Below, piece by piece: positions 19,638-28,559 of a DNA stretch of 64,000 nucleotides. Source of the stretch: Phycisphaeraceae bacterium (GTDB lineage Bacteria > Planctomycetota > Phycisphaerae > Phycisphaerales > Phycisphaeraceae); contig OY771506.1 in the NCBI GenBank assembly GCA_963674705.1, positions 4,000,001 through 4,064,000 of the forward strand, written 5' to 3'. Each line of letters starts with the position of its first letter. Positions within the stretch are counted from its first letter, which is position 1. Position numbers and translations under genes: made by a program. Under the pieces are notes generated by a model. That model had not been told where the DNA came from and made no database searches. It saw nothing but the letters and a program-made list of their open reading frames with translations.

Positions 19638-21677
19638 ATGAAGACAAGTCTCGCCTGGCTCAATAGCTATCTGGACAAGCCCCTCACGGCCGAGCAGGCC
19701 GAACCGCTGTTAACGGATGTGGGCTTCCCTTTTGATGGCGTGGATGAACTGACGCTCTCGACCGGGGCGACGGACACACTGATCGATGTGGAGGTCACGA
19801 GCAACCGCAGCGACTGCCTGAGCCATATCGGCCTGGCACGTGAGGCGGCAGCGTCGGGCGGGTTGTCGCTGGTCATGCCGGAGTTTGGATTGCCGAAGGC
19901 GGGCGGTCAGAAAGCAAGCGAGCTGACGAGTGTCGAATGCAGCGAGCCGGTGAAGTGCCCGCTGTATACCGCGCGGGTGATCACAGGCGTGAAGATCGGC
20001 CCGAGCCCGAAGTGGCTCGTCGAGCGGATCGAGGGCGTGGGGCTGAGGTCTGTCAATAACGTCGTCGATATCACCAACTTCGTCATGCTCGAGATGGGCC
20101 AGCCGCTGCACGCGTTCGACATGAACAAGCTCGACGGGAAGCGGATCGTGGTCCGTTGCGCCAAGAACGGCGAACAGTTCACCGCGATCGACGGCACGAA
20201 GCACGAGCTGACCGACAAGATGCTGGTGATCGCTGATAGCTCGCAGGCCGTCGCTGTGGCGGGCGTGATGGGTGGACTCGACAGCGAGGTCGCCGACGAT
20301 ACGGCAGACATCCTGCTGGAGGCTGCGATCTTTGATCCGCTGAGTGTGCGCAGCACCAGCCGAAAGCTGAAACTTGCCAGCGATTCGAGCTTCCGTTTTG
20401 AGAGAGGCGTCGACCCGCTTGGCGTGGATCGAGCGAGCCAACGAGCGGCACAACTGATCGTCGAACTGGCGGGGGGAACGCTTGCCGAGGGTGTGATCCG
20501 TGTCGGCCAGGATGAGCCTGCACCTGAACAAGTCGCGATGCGAATCCGGCGGTGCCAGCAATTACTCGGCGTCGACCTGAACGCGCAGCAGATCGTTGAA
20601 TCGCTAAGCAGCCTCGGGCTGAATCCGAAGCAGGAAGCGGACACGATCATCTGCACGATCCCGAGCTTCCGGCTGGACCTGAAACGCGAGGTCGACCTGA
20701 TCGAAGAGGTTGGACGGCTGTACGGCTACAACAACGTGAAAGTCGAGCAGCGACTGGAACTGGAAGTGCGTCCGGAACAGGACACGGTCAAGGCAAGGCA
20801 GGAGCTTGGCCGCGTGATGGCAGCGCATGGCTATCACGAAACGATCACACCGACGCTGTTGATGGAAGAACACGCCAAGCCGTTTTGTGAGGATACGGCT
20901 GTGTTGATGGGTCTGGCGGGTGATTCGCGGCGGAAGGATAAGACACTACGGCCGTCGCTGTTACCGAGCCTGCTGGTGTGCCGTAAGCACAACCAGGACC
21001 GGGGCAACCAGGGTGTGAGGCTGTTCGAGGTCGCCGGATCGTGGAAACAGAGCAATGGCAAGCCGAACGAGGCAAGCACACTGGCGACGCTGACCGATGC
21101 GCCTGATCCGCACGAGGGATTCCGTGAGGCGCGCGGCGCGATCGAGGAGCTGGTCAGCACTCTCGGCGGACAAAGCGCAACCGAGACACTATCGTTCGAG
21201 CCAATTGAGGATGCCAAGTACAAGCCTGCCGCCAAGGTGATGCTCGGCGACAAGGCGTGCGGGCAGATCGGGTTAATTGGACATAAGCTGCTCGATACGT
21301 TCGGCCTTCAGACGCCGGTCGTGCTCGCGGAAGTCGACTACAAGCCGATCCTCGCGATGTACCCCCCGAAGCGAAGCGTCGGCACGCTGCCGCGCTTCCC
21401 GGGTATCGAACGCGACCTGAGCGTTATCGTGGATGAAGCGGTGACCTGGCGGCAGATCGAAAAGTGCGTGCACGATGCGAACCCCGCCATGCTCGAAGAC
21501 CTGCAGTTCCTGACGATCTTCCGCGGCAAGCAGATCGGCAAAAGCAAGAAGAGCCTGAGCCTGCGCATGCTGTTCCGCAATCCCGATGCGACGTTGCGGC
21601 ACGACGAGGTCGACCCGCAGGTGAACGCGGTGATTGAGAAGCTCAAGCAAGGGGTTAATGCTGAGTTGCGGGCTTGA
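19638..21677 (+). CDS. pheT: Phenylalanine--tRNA ligase beta subunit
   Basis: MKTSLAWL, TSNRSDCLSHIGLARE, GQPLHAFD, SSFRFERGVD, REVDLIEEV, RFPGIERDLS. Confidence 0.96.
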   Translation: MKTSLAWLNSYLDKPLTAEQAEPLLTDVGFPFDGVDELTLSTGATDTLIDVEVTSNRSDCLSHIGLAREAAASGGLSLVMPEFGLPKAGGQKASELTSVECSEPVKCPLYTARVITGVKIGPSPKWLVERIEGVGLRSVNNVVDITNFVMLEMGQPLHAFDMNKLDGKRIVVRCAKNGEQFTAIDGTKHELTDKMLVIADSSQAVAVAGVMGGLDSEVADDTADILLEAAIFDPLSVRSTSRKLKLASDSSFRFERGVDPLGVDRASQRAAQLIVELAGGTLAEGVIRVGQDEPAPEQVAMRIRRCQQLLGVDLNAQQIVESLSSLGLNPKQEADTIICTIPSFRLDLKREVDLIEEVGRLYGYNNVKVEQRLELEVRPEQDTVKARQELGRVMAAHGYHETITPTLLMEEHAKPFCEDTAVLMGLAGDSRRKDKTLRPSLLPSLLVCRKHNQDRGNQGVRLFEVAGSWKQSNGKPNEASTLATLTDAPDPHEGFREARGAIEELVSTLGGQSATETLSFEPIEDAKYKPAAKVMLGDKACGQIGLIGHKLLDTFGLQTPVVLAEVDYKPILAMYPPKRSVGTLPRFPGIERDLSVIVDEAVTWRQIEKCVHDANPAMLEDLQFLTIFRGKQIGKSKKSLSLRMLFRNPDATLRHDEVDPQVNAVIEKLKQGVNAELRA

Positions 21678-21683
21678 TTATTT

Positions 21684-21873
21684 ACCGCGAAGGCGCGAAG
21701 AACGCCGAGTTTGCGAAGAAGAATTTAGCCACGGATGAACACCGATTAACACGGATAAGAATTCATAATTCGTTTTATCCGTGTTAATCGGTGTTTATCT
21801 GTGGCAAAAACCTGGTTTGTAAATAGCCTCACATTATTTATTCTTAACTTCGCGCTCTTCGCGTCTTCGTGGT
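21684..21873. repeat. Nested inverted elements: 9-nt-unit outer arms, 10-nt-unit inner arms
   Basis: Outer arms 21684-21711 / 21846-21873; inner arms 21728-21758 / 21775-21805 (2 mismatches in 31). Confidence 0.92.
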
Positions 21874-22587
21874 TCAACCTTCTTTGTCTTCCCGCCGTTC
21901 GTCGTACCACAGTCCCAACAGGTCGCGGCTTTTCACGGACTTCGGGCCCGCGAGTGCCATGCGGAACAGGATGCCCATATGCTCCCAGAAGCCGTAGGTC
22001 CGCAGCTTCCGCCCGGATGTAAAAACAGCTTCTTTTATCACCACGAACCTGCCCTGACGGCGCATGGCTCTGCTGAATGTGATCTCCTCGCTGGCAAAGA
22101 GCGTTTCGTCGAAGCCGCCAACCGTGTCAAACGCGCTGCGCGTGGCGTAGACGAAGCAACCCGCCGCCAGCCCCGCTTTTCGGTAGCAGAAAGTAAAAGC
22201 AGGTGCCAGCCAACGGGCGAAGAATGGCAATGAACCACTGACACTGACCGCTGCGCCGCCCCCGATCGCGCCGTTTCCTAACTCGCGTTGGACAGCCCGC
22301 AACACAGATTCATTGATAGTTGTGTCGGCATCCACAAAGATGAGCACGTCGCCGACCGCCTCGGTTGCGCCGCTGTTGCGGGTTTTGGATATCTGGCGGT
22401 TATCGACGTTGACGACTTTTGCCCCGTGCTGCTTGGCGATTTGTTCGGTCGCGTCGGCCGAAGCATCGTTGGCGACGATGATCTCGTAGGGTTCGCCCAG
22501 CGCCTTGGCCGCGCTGTGGATGGACCGGAGCGTGCGCGGCAGCAGTTGCTCTTCGTTATGGGCGGGGATGATGAAGCAGTACATCAT
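21874..22587 (-). CDS. Family 2 glycosyltransferase
   Basis: IIPAHNEE, IIVANDASAD, RNSGA, LIFVDADT, GGFDE. Confidence 0.92.
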   Translation of the reverse strand: MMYCFIIPAHNEEQLLPRTLRSIHSAAKALGEPYEIIVANDASADATEQIAKQHGAKVVNVDNRQISKTRNSGATEAVGDVLIFVDADTTINESVLRAVQRELGNGAIGGGAAVSVSGSLPFFARWLAPAFTFCYRKAGLAAGCFVYATRSAFDTVGGFDETLFASEEITFSRAMRRQGRFVVIKEAVFTSGRKLRTYGFWEHMGILFRMALAGPKSVKSRDLLGLWYDERREDKEG

Positions 22588-22635
22588 GCCTGAATGATAG
22601 CAGGGTGATGGATTCAAGAATTAAAGAGGCAAAAG

Positions 22636-22811
22636 TTCACCGCAGAGGACGCGGAGATCGCGGAGAAAGACAAAACAAAAGAAGTTCCTGTCTAGCAGCA
22701 TGGGTTCATACCTGTATGTCAGTATAGGCATGAATCTTAGTGAGTTTGATAACCCAATGCCTGACTTCTTTTCCTATTCTTCTCTGCGTCCTCTGCGTAC
22801 TCTGCGGTGAA
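22636..22811. repeat. Inverted element with 3 x 9-nt arms (CGCRGAGNN) around a ~110-bp AT-rich core
   Basis: 32-bp arms at 22636-22667 and 22780-22811, 5 mismatches. Confidence 0.9.
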
Positions 22812-22826
22812 ACATGCTCGGACACA

Positions 22827-24239
22827 TCATCCAGCCTGCTTGCATGGTTCGGCGGTGTTGCGGCGTTTGCCGGCACGGTTGCGTCGGCGTCTGGCACTGG
22901 CGCGGGGGGCAGCGTTGTTTGAGTGTGATGCGGCCTGGTGGGTGTGGCCCGTGGCGATGCTATTCTGGTTCGGCTTAGGACCGCCTCGCCTAGGTTTACG
23001 TTTGGCTGCGTCGGCGGGCTTGGGTTTGTGTTGCCTGGGTGAGGCGGGGGCGTGGGGCGTGTGCGGCGGTGGCGGAGCGATCGTGTGTTTGAGCACGGGG
23101 ATCTGCCTGCCGATGGTCTTTTCGATCTCCTTGAGGTCGTATTTTTGATCGGGACAGCAGAAGGTAATCGCCCGGCCGTCGGCACCTGCGCGACCGCTTC
23201 GGCCGATACGGTGCACGTAGGTCTCGGCGTCGCCGGGCATGTCGAAGTTGACGACATGTGAAACTTCGTCGACATCCAACCCACGGGCTGCGATATCGCT
23301 GGCGACCAGGATACGGGTTTTGCCAGCCTTGAAGTTACTCAAGGCGCGGGTGCGTGCGTTCTGGCTTTTGTCGGAATGGATCGCTTCGGCGGTGAAGCCT
23401 TGGCCGTTGAGCCGTTTGGTGATGCGGTCCGCGCCGCGTTTCGTGCGGGAGAAAACCAGTGTCCGCTTCATGTCGGGTTCACGCAACAGCGAGCTGAGCA
23501 GCTCGGTCTTGCTGCGTGGGTCGATGAAGTAGGCGGACTGCTCGACGGTGTCGGCGGTGGCGTTCTTCGCGGCAACCTTCACAACCGCAGGGTCGGTGAG
23601 GATTGAATCGGCGAGCCCCTGAATGGATTGGGGCATCGTCGCGGAGAACATGAGCGTCTGCCGTTTATCCGGTATCTGCGCGATGATCTTGCGGATGTCG
23701 TGAATGAAGCCCATATCGAGCATCCGGTCTGCCTCGTCGAGTACGAGGATCTCGACGGTGTCGAGTGAAAGGACGCGCTGGTTGAGCAGGTCCATCAGTC
23801 GGCCCGGCGTGGCGACGACGATATCGACGCCTGCTTTAAGGGCGCTGACCTGTGGGCGTTGGTTGACTCCGCCGAAGATGGTGGTGCCGCGCAGGTTCAG
23901 GTTTTGGCCGTAGGTCCTGAAGCTGTCGCCGATCTGGGCGGCCAGTTCACGGGTAGGGCTGAGGACCAGGGCGCGGATGGGGCGTTTATCCGGCCGACGC
24001 GCCGCCTTGCCCATTGTGGGCTTAGGCTCGGTTTGTGGCTCTTGGGTATAAAGCAACTGAAGCACGGGCAGCGCGAACGCAGCCGTCTTCCCGGTACCGG
24101 TCTGGGCACAGCCGAGCAGGTCGCGTCCTTCGATCACGTGGGGGAAAGTCTGGCTCTGGATGGCAGTTGGGGTAACGTAGCCCTCTTGGCTAAGGGCACG
24201 CAAGAGAGGCTTGATAAGCCTCAATTCTGAAAATCTCAT
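22827..24239 (-). CDS. rhlE: DEAD-box RNA helicase (RhlE-like)
   Basis: AQTGTGKT, PTRELA, TPGRL, DEADRMLDMGF, SAT, HRIGRSGRAG; basic C-terminal tail. Confidence 0.92.
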   Translation of the reverse strand: MRFSELRLIKPLLRALSQEGYVTPTAIQSQTFPHVIEGRDLLGCAQTGTGKTAAFALPVLQLLYTQEPQTEPKPTMGKAARRPDKRPIRALVLSPTRELAAQIGDSFRTYGQNLNLRGTTIFGGVNQRPQVSALKAGVDIVVATPGRLMDLLNQRVLSLDTVEILVLDEADRMLDMGFIHDIRKIIAQIPDKRQTLMFSATMPQSIQGLADSILTDPAVVKVAAKNATADTVEQSAYFIDPRSKTELLSSLLREPDMKRTLVFSRTKRGADRITKRLNGQGFTAEAIHSDKSQNARTRALSNFKAGKTRILVASDIAARGLDVDEVSHVVNFDMPGDAETYVHRIGRSGRAGADGRAITFCCPDQKYDLKEIEKTIGRQIPVLKHTIAPPPPHTPHAPASPRQHKPKPADAAKRKPRRGGPKPNQNSIATGHTHQAASHSNNAAPRASARRRRNRAGKRRNTAEPCKQAG

Positions 24240-24397
24240 GGGTCGGGTTCAATCGGGGGGTGTGAGGCTGTAGGCCTGAAAACGCAGGCCGTTGCCGCGT
24301 AGAAATTGCATTATAGCAGACTTATCGACTAAATCCCAGCCCGGCATCAATCAGCCTGATGTTTAGTATTGAGTCATTATGAATATTGGTAGCGTTA

Positions 24398-24448
24398 AAG
24401 CCCAGCCATTGCATGGCTGGGTGGCCCACAGATGCAATTTGTGGGCTT
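24398..24448. repeat. Inverted doublet of AAGCCC-led hairpins with TTGCAT loops (REPIN-like)
   Basis: aagcccagcca-ttgca-tggctggg followed by gcccaca-gatgcaatt-tgtgggctt. Confidence 0.7.
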
Positions 24449-24562
24449 CCATTGAAAGTTATCAATGGCTATCGCTCGTAGCTGACTAGCCCTCTCGTCG
24501 TGACATTCACTATAAGGACCGTACAATCCGTTTACAATGAGCATGAGAGATAGGTGTGGCAT

Positions 24563-25306
24563 ATGCGCTACTACGAACTACATGATGCCGAATACATCAA
24601 ACGGCTAGGTAATGGCCAACAGGGTTGGGATGCGGGGGATTACGATGACTTTTTCATGAAGACGTTTGTTGAGCGGTCGCTTGAAGTCTTCGGCCGTGAC
24701 ACAAAAGGTCTGCGAGCATTGGATCTCGGCTGCGGGACAGGGGCGTTGTCCTGCCTTTTGTCTGAGCGGGGATTTGACGTTACGGGTGTTGATATCTCAC
24801 CGTCGGCTATCGCTTACGCGCTGCAGATGTCTGCTTCACGTGAGTTTAATATCTCGTTCCAGGTGCTCGATGTCTGCCGTGATCCGTTTCCTGAAGGCCG
24901 ATTCGATCTGATCGTCGACAGCCACCTGCTGCATTGCATCGTGTTTGCGGATGAACGCCAGCATTTGTTGAGCAAGGTGCGCCAAGCGCTGCGGCCTGAA
25001 GGGCAATTCTGGATGGAAACGATGTACCTGCCCGAAGGTCAAGCGCCGAAGCCTGAGTGGCACCTCGATGATCGCGGAGTGGTCTGGCATCGCCATGACG
25101 GGCACATCCAGTGTGAGCATAACGTTCAGCGTGACGGAAGCTGGTGGACACCTTTGCGGTTTATCGCGCTGTGCCCGCAAGTTCTGCTTGATGAATTAAC
25201 CCAAGCCGGGCTGGGGATCATCGAATGGGATACATACCCACCGCTGGAACCCTGTGATCCAGGTGGATTCCAGGCACGATGCAGCAACGGTGACGTCACT
25301 CAATAA
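24563..25306 (+). CDS. Class I SAM-dependent methyltransferase
   Basis: ALDLGCGTG, VTGVDISPSAI, FDLIVD. Confidence 0.9.
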   Translation: MRYYELHDAEYIKRLGNGQQGWDAGDYDDFFMKTFVERSLEVFGRDTKGLRALDLGCGTGALSCLLSERGFDVTGVDISPSAIAYALQMSASREFNISFQVLDVCRDPFPEGRFDLIVDSHLLHCIVFADERQHLLSKVRQALRPEGQFWMETMYLPEGQAPKPEWHLDDRGVVWHRHDGHIQCEHNVQRDGSWWTPLRFIALCPQVLLDELTQAGLGIIEWDTYPPLEPCDPGGFQARCSNGDVTQ

Positions 25307-25307
25307 A

Positions 25308-25334
25308 ATACCCGCAGCAAAGACTGCGGGTATT
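25308..25334. terminator. Bidirectional intrinsic terminator
   Basis: aatacccgcag..ctgcgggtatt hairpin between convergent genes. Confidence 0.7.
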
Positions 25335-25369
25335 CAGTTCATCAATCTGATCGCGTTTGAGTGTTACGA

Positions 25370-26020
25370 TCACTTGCGCCGACGCGGCAGCAGAGCGGCT
25401 GCACCGAAAGCCAGCATACCCAGCGTTGCCGGCTCGGGGATCGCATTGAAGCTGAGGTCGTCCATGCCAAAGTATTCGGCATTACTGGTGGTTGCGTCGT
25501 CGGTGCGGATCGTGAGTTCGCTGAACGGGGTATCGGAAACAATCCCGATAAAGCCGGTGCCTTCTCCGCGGAGGTAGGCACTCATGGCGATGGACTGGTC
25601 GCCGAAATCGAAACGGAGGTTGTCACCAGTGAGTGTGTCTTCAAAGTCGGCGCCCCACGCGGTGACGGTGGTGGGGAAAATGAAGGTATGGACAGTGGGC
25701 GTTGTTGTACCGCCGCCGCCCTGGCCGGGTGTAAATACGTGCCCGCTTAAGAACGGCGTGCCGTTGATGATGTAGGTACCGGTGCCGGAGATTTTAGGGC
25801 CACTGTCGGACGGGCCGGCATCGAGGTAGAACGAGACGAGTTCGAGCTGTGTCGTGCCGGGGTAAAGGAAGCCCTGGGGCAGGTTGTCGAAAGTCTCAAT
25901 ATAGACCGTGCCGGCGGCCGCCTCCCATGCGGTGCGGCTGGTGTATACATCAATGACCGAACCGAAGGTTGAACCAGCGGGGATCGCCGCCAACATCATC
26001 GCGCCTAGCAAGTGTCTCAT
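25370..26020 (-). CDS. PEP-CTERM sorting domain protein
   Basis: Signal peptide; C-terminus IPEPATLGMLAFGAAALLPRRRK; AAGGAG RBS. Confidence 0.92.
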   Translation of the reverse strand: MRHLLGAMMLAAIPAGSTFGSVIDVYTSRTAWEAAAGTVYIETFDNLPQGFLYPGTTQLELVSFYLDAGPSDSGPKISGTGTYIINGTPFLSGHVFTPGQGGGGTTTPTVHTFIFPTTVTAWGADFEDTLTGDNLRFDFGDQSIAMSAYLRGEGTGFIGIVSDTPFSELTIRTDDATTSNAEYFGMDDLSFNAIPEPATLGMLAFGAAALLPRRRK

Positions 26021-26228
26021 GTCTCACTCCTTCAATAGTAGAAACGTACTGTCATATGAACCCCGGACACAACGGCCCGACAGGTACTGCCTTGTTTAAT
26101 TCGGACGATTTTGGTGCGGTCTTGGGTGCCCGGATCGTCTGCGGATAGAGATTAACAAGATAACTGCTTGATATGCGTGTTATTCAGACGTTGGCTGGTA
26201 AGTGATACCGCTGCGTTAGCGATGGGTA

Positions 26229-26960
26229 TCAGATTGCTTTGAATCCCTGGCCCTTGGGATCGGCGACAGCGACCACAGCGGCGTGGATACTGCGGGCACC
26301 TGCTTTCTTGATAAGACGCGCGCAAGCGGCAAGTGTCGCACCGCTGGTTTTGACATCGTCGATCAGTAGGATGTCTCGCCCGGACAGGTCGACCGGCTGG
26401 ATGGCGAAGGATCGGCGCACGTTGTCGTCACGCTGCGATGGCGCGATGGATGTCTGCGGCGGGGTGTGGCGGGTGCGTCTGAGGATCGGGGCGTATGTCC
26501 AGTGCTTTTTGTTTGCTACCGCTCGGGCGATCAGGTCGGCCTGGTTGAAGCCACGACGCCAGCGACGCAGACGATGCATCGGTACTGGGCAGACGAGCAG
26601 GTTGTTTGTGTTTTGAGGCGCTTCGAGTAAGTCTGCAAGTTGCTTGCCCATCCATTCACCGAAGCGCCATCGGCGTTGGAACTTGAGTTGGCGTATCCAC
26701 TCATCGACAGGTTCGTGATAGGCGGCGAGGCGGGTGAAGCGGTGCCAGGGCAGGCTCTTGTCGACACAGAACGTGCAGCCGCGCGGCGTAACCGAGCCTT
26801 GCCCGGCCGAGGCGCCGCAGCGTGGGCAGTAATCTTCAGCCGAATCCGGATGCCAATCACCAGCGTTGTCGGGTGCGTCACCGGGTGGGAGCCATTCATC
26901 GAGGACGCTACCCAGCCAGCGGCCTGTTTGGTGCACTGTTTTTACTAACGCGATGGACAT
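26229..26960 (-). CDS. comF: ComF family protein (double Zn ribbon plus phosphoribosyltransferase)
   Basis: CPRC/CTFC, PVPMH, RGFNQA, LLIDDVKTSGATL. Confidence 0.9.
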   Translation of the reverse strand: MSIALVKTVHQTGRWLGSVLDEWLPPGDAPDNAGDWHPDSAEDYCPRCGASAGQGSVTPRGCTFCVDKSLPWHRFTRLAAYHEPVDEWIRQLKFQRRWRFGEWMGKQLADLLEAPQNTNNLLVCPVPMHRLRRWRRGFNQADLIARAVANKKHWTYAPILRRTRHTPPQTSIAPSQRDDNVRRSFAIQPVDLSGRDILLIDDVKTSGATLAACARLIKKAGARSIHAAVVAVADPKGQGFKAI

Positions 26961-27085
26961 GATGCGTGTGGTTATACTTGCTGATGGCGTGGGGGGCTAG
27001 TTGGGGGAGGGTGTAGGTTTCAGGGTGTGGGGTATAGGGTCAAGACAAGAAAAGACAGGAAACGGATTTGCCTGAGACAGACAAT

Positions 27086-27889
27086 ATGCAGGGAACTGAT
27101 AAGCCTGGTGCGATTGCAGGGCTGCGGGGGCTGGTGATATCGGCACCGTTTGGGAATTACATCCAGCCGGCGGGTGCGACGGCAACGCTGGGGACGTTTA
27201 CGTTGATGCGTCGGCCGGGGCGGATCAAACAGATCCTCAAGACGGTGCGGTATCGGCCGAAACTCAAAGCCTGGGTCAACAAGATCGGGCTGCGCAACCC
27301 GGGGATCGACTGGCTTGCGAACAAGGTCACGGCAGGCAAGATCGATGTCAGCGACAAACTCGTGAGCGTACACGGTTTTGATGCTGAGCAGTGGATGACG
27401 CTGCTGGAGAAGATCCAGGCAATCAAGCCGATGGCGGTCGAACTGAACATGAGTTGTCCAAACGTCGGCGAGATCGACTGGCCGGCGGACTTGTTCGGCC
27501 GCGCGGCTGAGACCGGGATTCCGATTGTCGTGAAGCTGCCGCCGGTCAATTACCAGCAGATGGTGGAACAGGCGGTGGATGCGGGGGTGCGTGTGTATCA
27601 TTGCTGCAACACACTGCCGGTGCCGGAAGGCGGGATGAGCGGCAGGCCATTGCAGCCGGTAGCGCTTGACTGCATCCGAGATCTGCGCGAGCGGTCGTGG
27701 GGCAAAGACCTGACGATCATCGGCGGCGGCGGGATTTACGAAGTTGCCGACATCGATAAATTCATTGAAGCAGGTGCGGATCATGTGGCGCTGGGGACCA
27801 AGACGATGAATCCGCTTTTGCTATTGAGTACGGCAAGCTTACAGCCGTTCGTGAAACGGGCGGAGCAGCACTTGGGGAATCGCCAATGA
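27086..27889 (+). CDS. Dihydroorotate dehydrogenase-like FMN enzyme
   Basis: NKIGLRNPG, ELNMSCPNV, VKLPP, CNT, GGMSG, IIGGGGI. Confidence 0.8.
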   Translation: MQGTDKPGAIAGLRGLVISAPFGNYIQPAGATATLGTFTLMRRPGRIKQILKTVRYRPKLKAWVNKIGLRNPGIDWLANKVTAGKIDVSDKLVSVHGFDAEQWMTLLEKIQAIKPMAVELNMSCPNVGEIDWPADLFGRAAETGIPIVVKLPPVNYQQMVEQAVDAGVRVYHCCNTLPVPEGGMSGRPLQPVALDCIRDLRERSWGKDLTIIGGGGIYEVADIDKFIEAGADHVALGTKTMNPLLLLSTASLQPFVKRAEQHLGNRQ

Positions 27890-28335
27890 TCGAGCTGGAC
27901 CCACATCCATCGCACGACCGATACACGTTGCGTCCAGTTGTGGATGATGACTATGATTTTCTCTGGCAGTTGAAGTGCGACACGCTCAAGCGGTACATCG
28001 AGCCGCTTTACGGCTGGGACGCGGAATTGGCACAGCGAATCCTGAAACGTGTCATGCGGGGGGCGCATCTGGTGCTTGTCGATGGTCAGCCTGCCGGTAT
28101 TTTGAAGATCGAGCTTTGCGACGGTTTTGTTTATCTGGCTGAGATCGGTCTGAAACCCGAACTGCAAGGCCAAGGCCTGGGCACGCAGATTATCCGGGAT
28201 GTCACCGAACTGGCGGACAGCCTGGGCTATCCGGTGGAATTACAGGTTTTCGCGGCCAATCCGGCGGCCAAGTTATACCAGCGGCTCGGGTTTGAAGTCA
28301 CCCATCACAAAATGTACAGGCCGAGTTCGGAGTAG
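27886..28335 (+). CDS. GNAT family N-acetyltransferase
   Basis: PELQGQGLGT, NPAAKLYQRLGF. Confidence 0.9.
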   Translation: MIELDPHPSHDRYTLRPVVDDDYDFLWQLKCDTLKRYIEPLYGWDAELAQRILKRVMRGAHLVLVDGQPAGILKIELCDGFVYLAEIGLKPELQGQGLGTQIIRDVTELADSLGYPVELQVFAANPAAKLYQRLGFEVTHHKMYRPSSE

Positions 28336-28495
28336 AGACAGACGGATCAGAAATTGCTCGATGCATACAGGCCTTGGGATCAAACGATCGAAGTGATGGG
28401 ACAAGTCACCTTACGCCGAGTAGGCAACGAAACAACAAATCTACTAAGGATTATTTTGGGTGGGGTAAAGTCGCGTTAAAATTCTGTAAATGCAA

Positions 28496-28558
28496 TTCGG
28501 GTTCGAAGTGATATGCGACAAAATGTATCGTAGTGTTAGTGGAGCAAGGGCTGAATAG
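28496..28558 (+). pseudogene. Relic of a GNAT 3' end (FGFEVICDKMYR...stop)
   Basis: Matches LGFEVTHHKMYR of the upstream GNAT; 24/35 nt identical. Confidence 0.45.
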
Positions 28559-28559
28559 G

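Noticed and set aside
26995..27065. G-rich heptamer run (gggtgta / gggtgtg / gggtata)
   Set aside because: A single degenerate arm with no inverted partner; too weak to call. Similar runs near 11305 and 15285 were also dropped.
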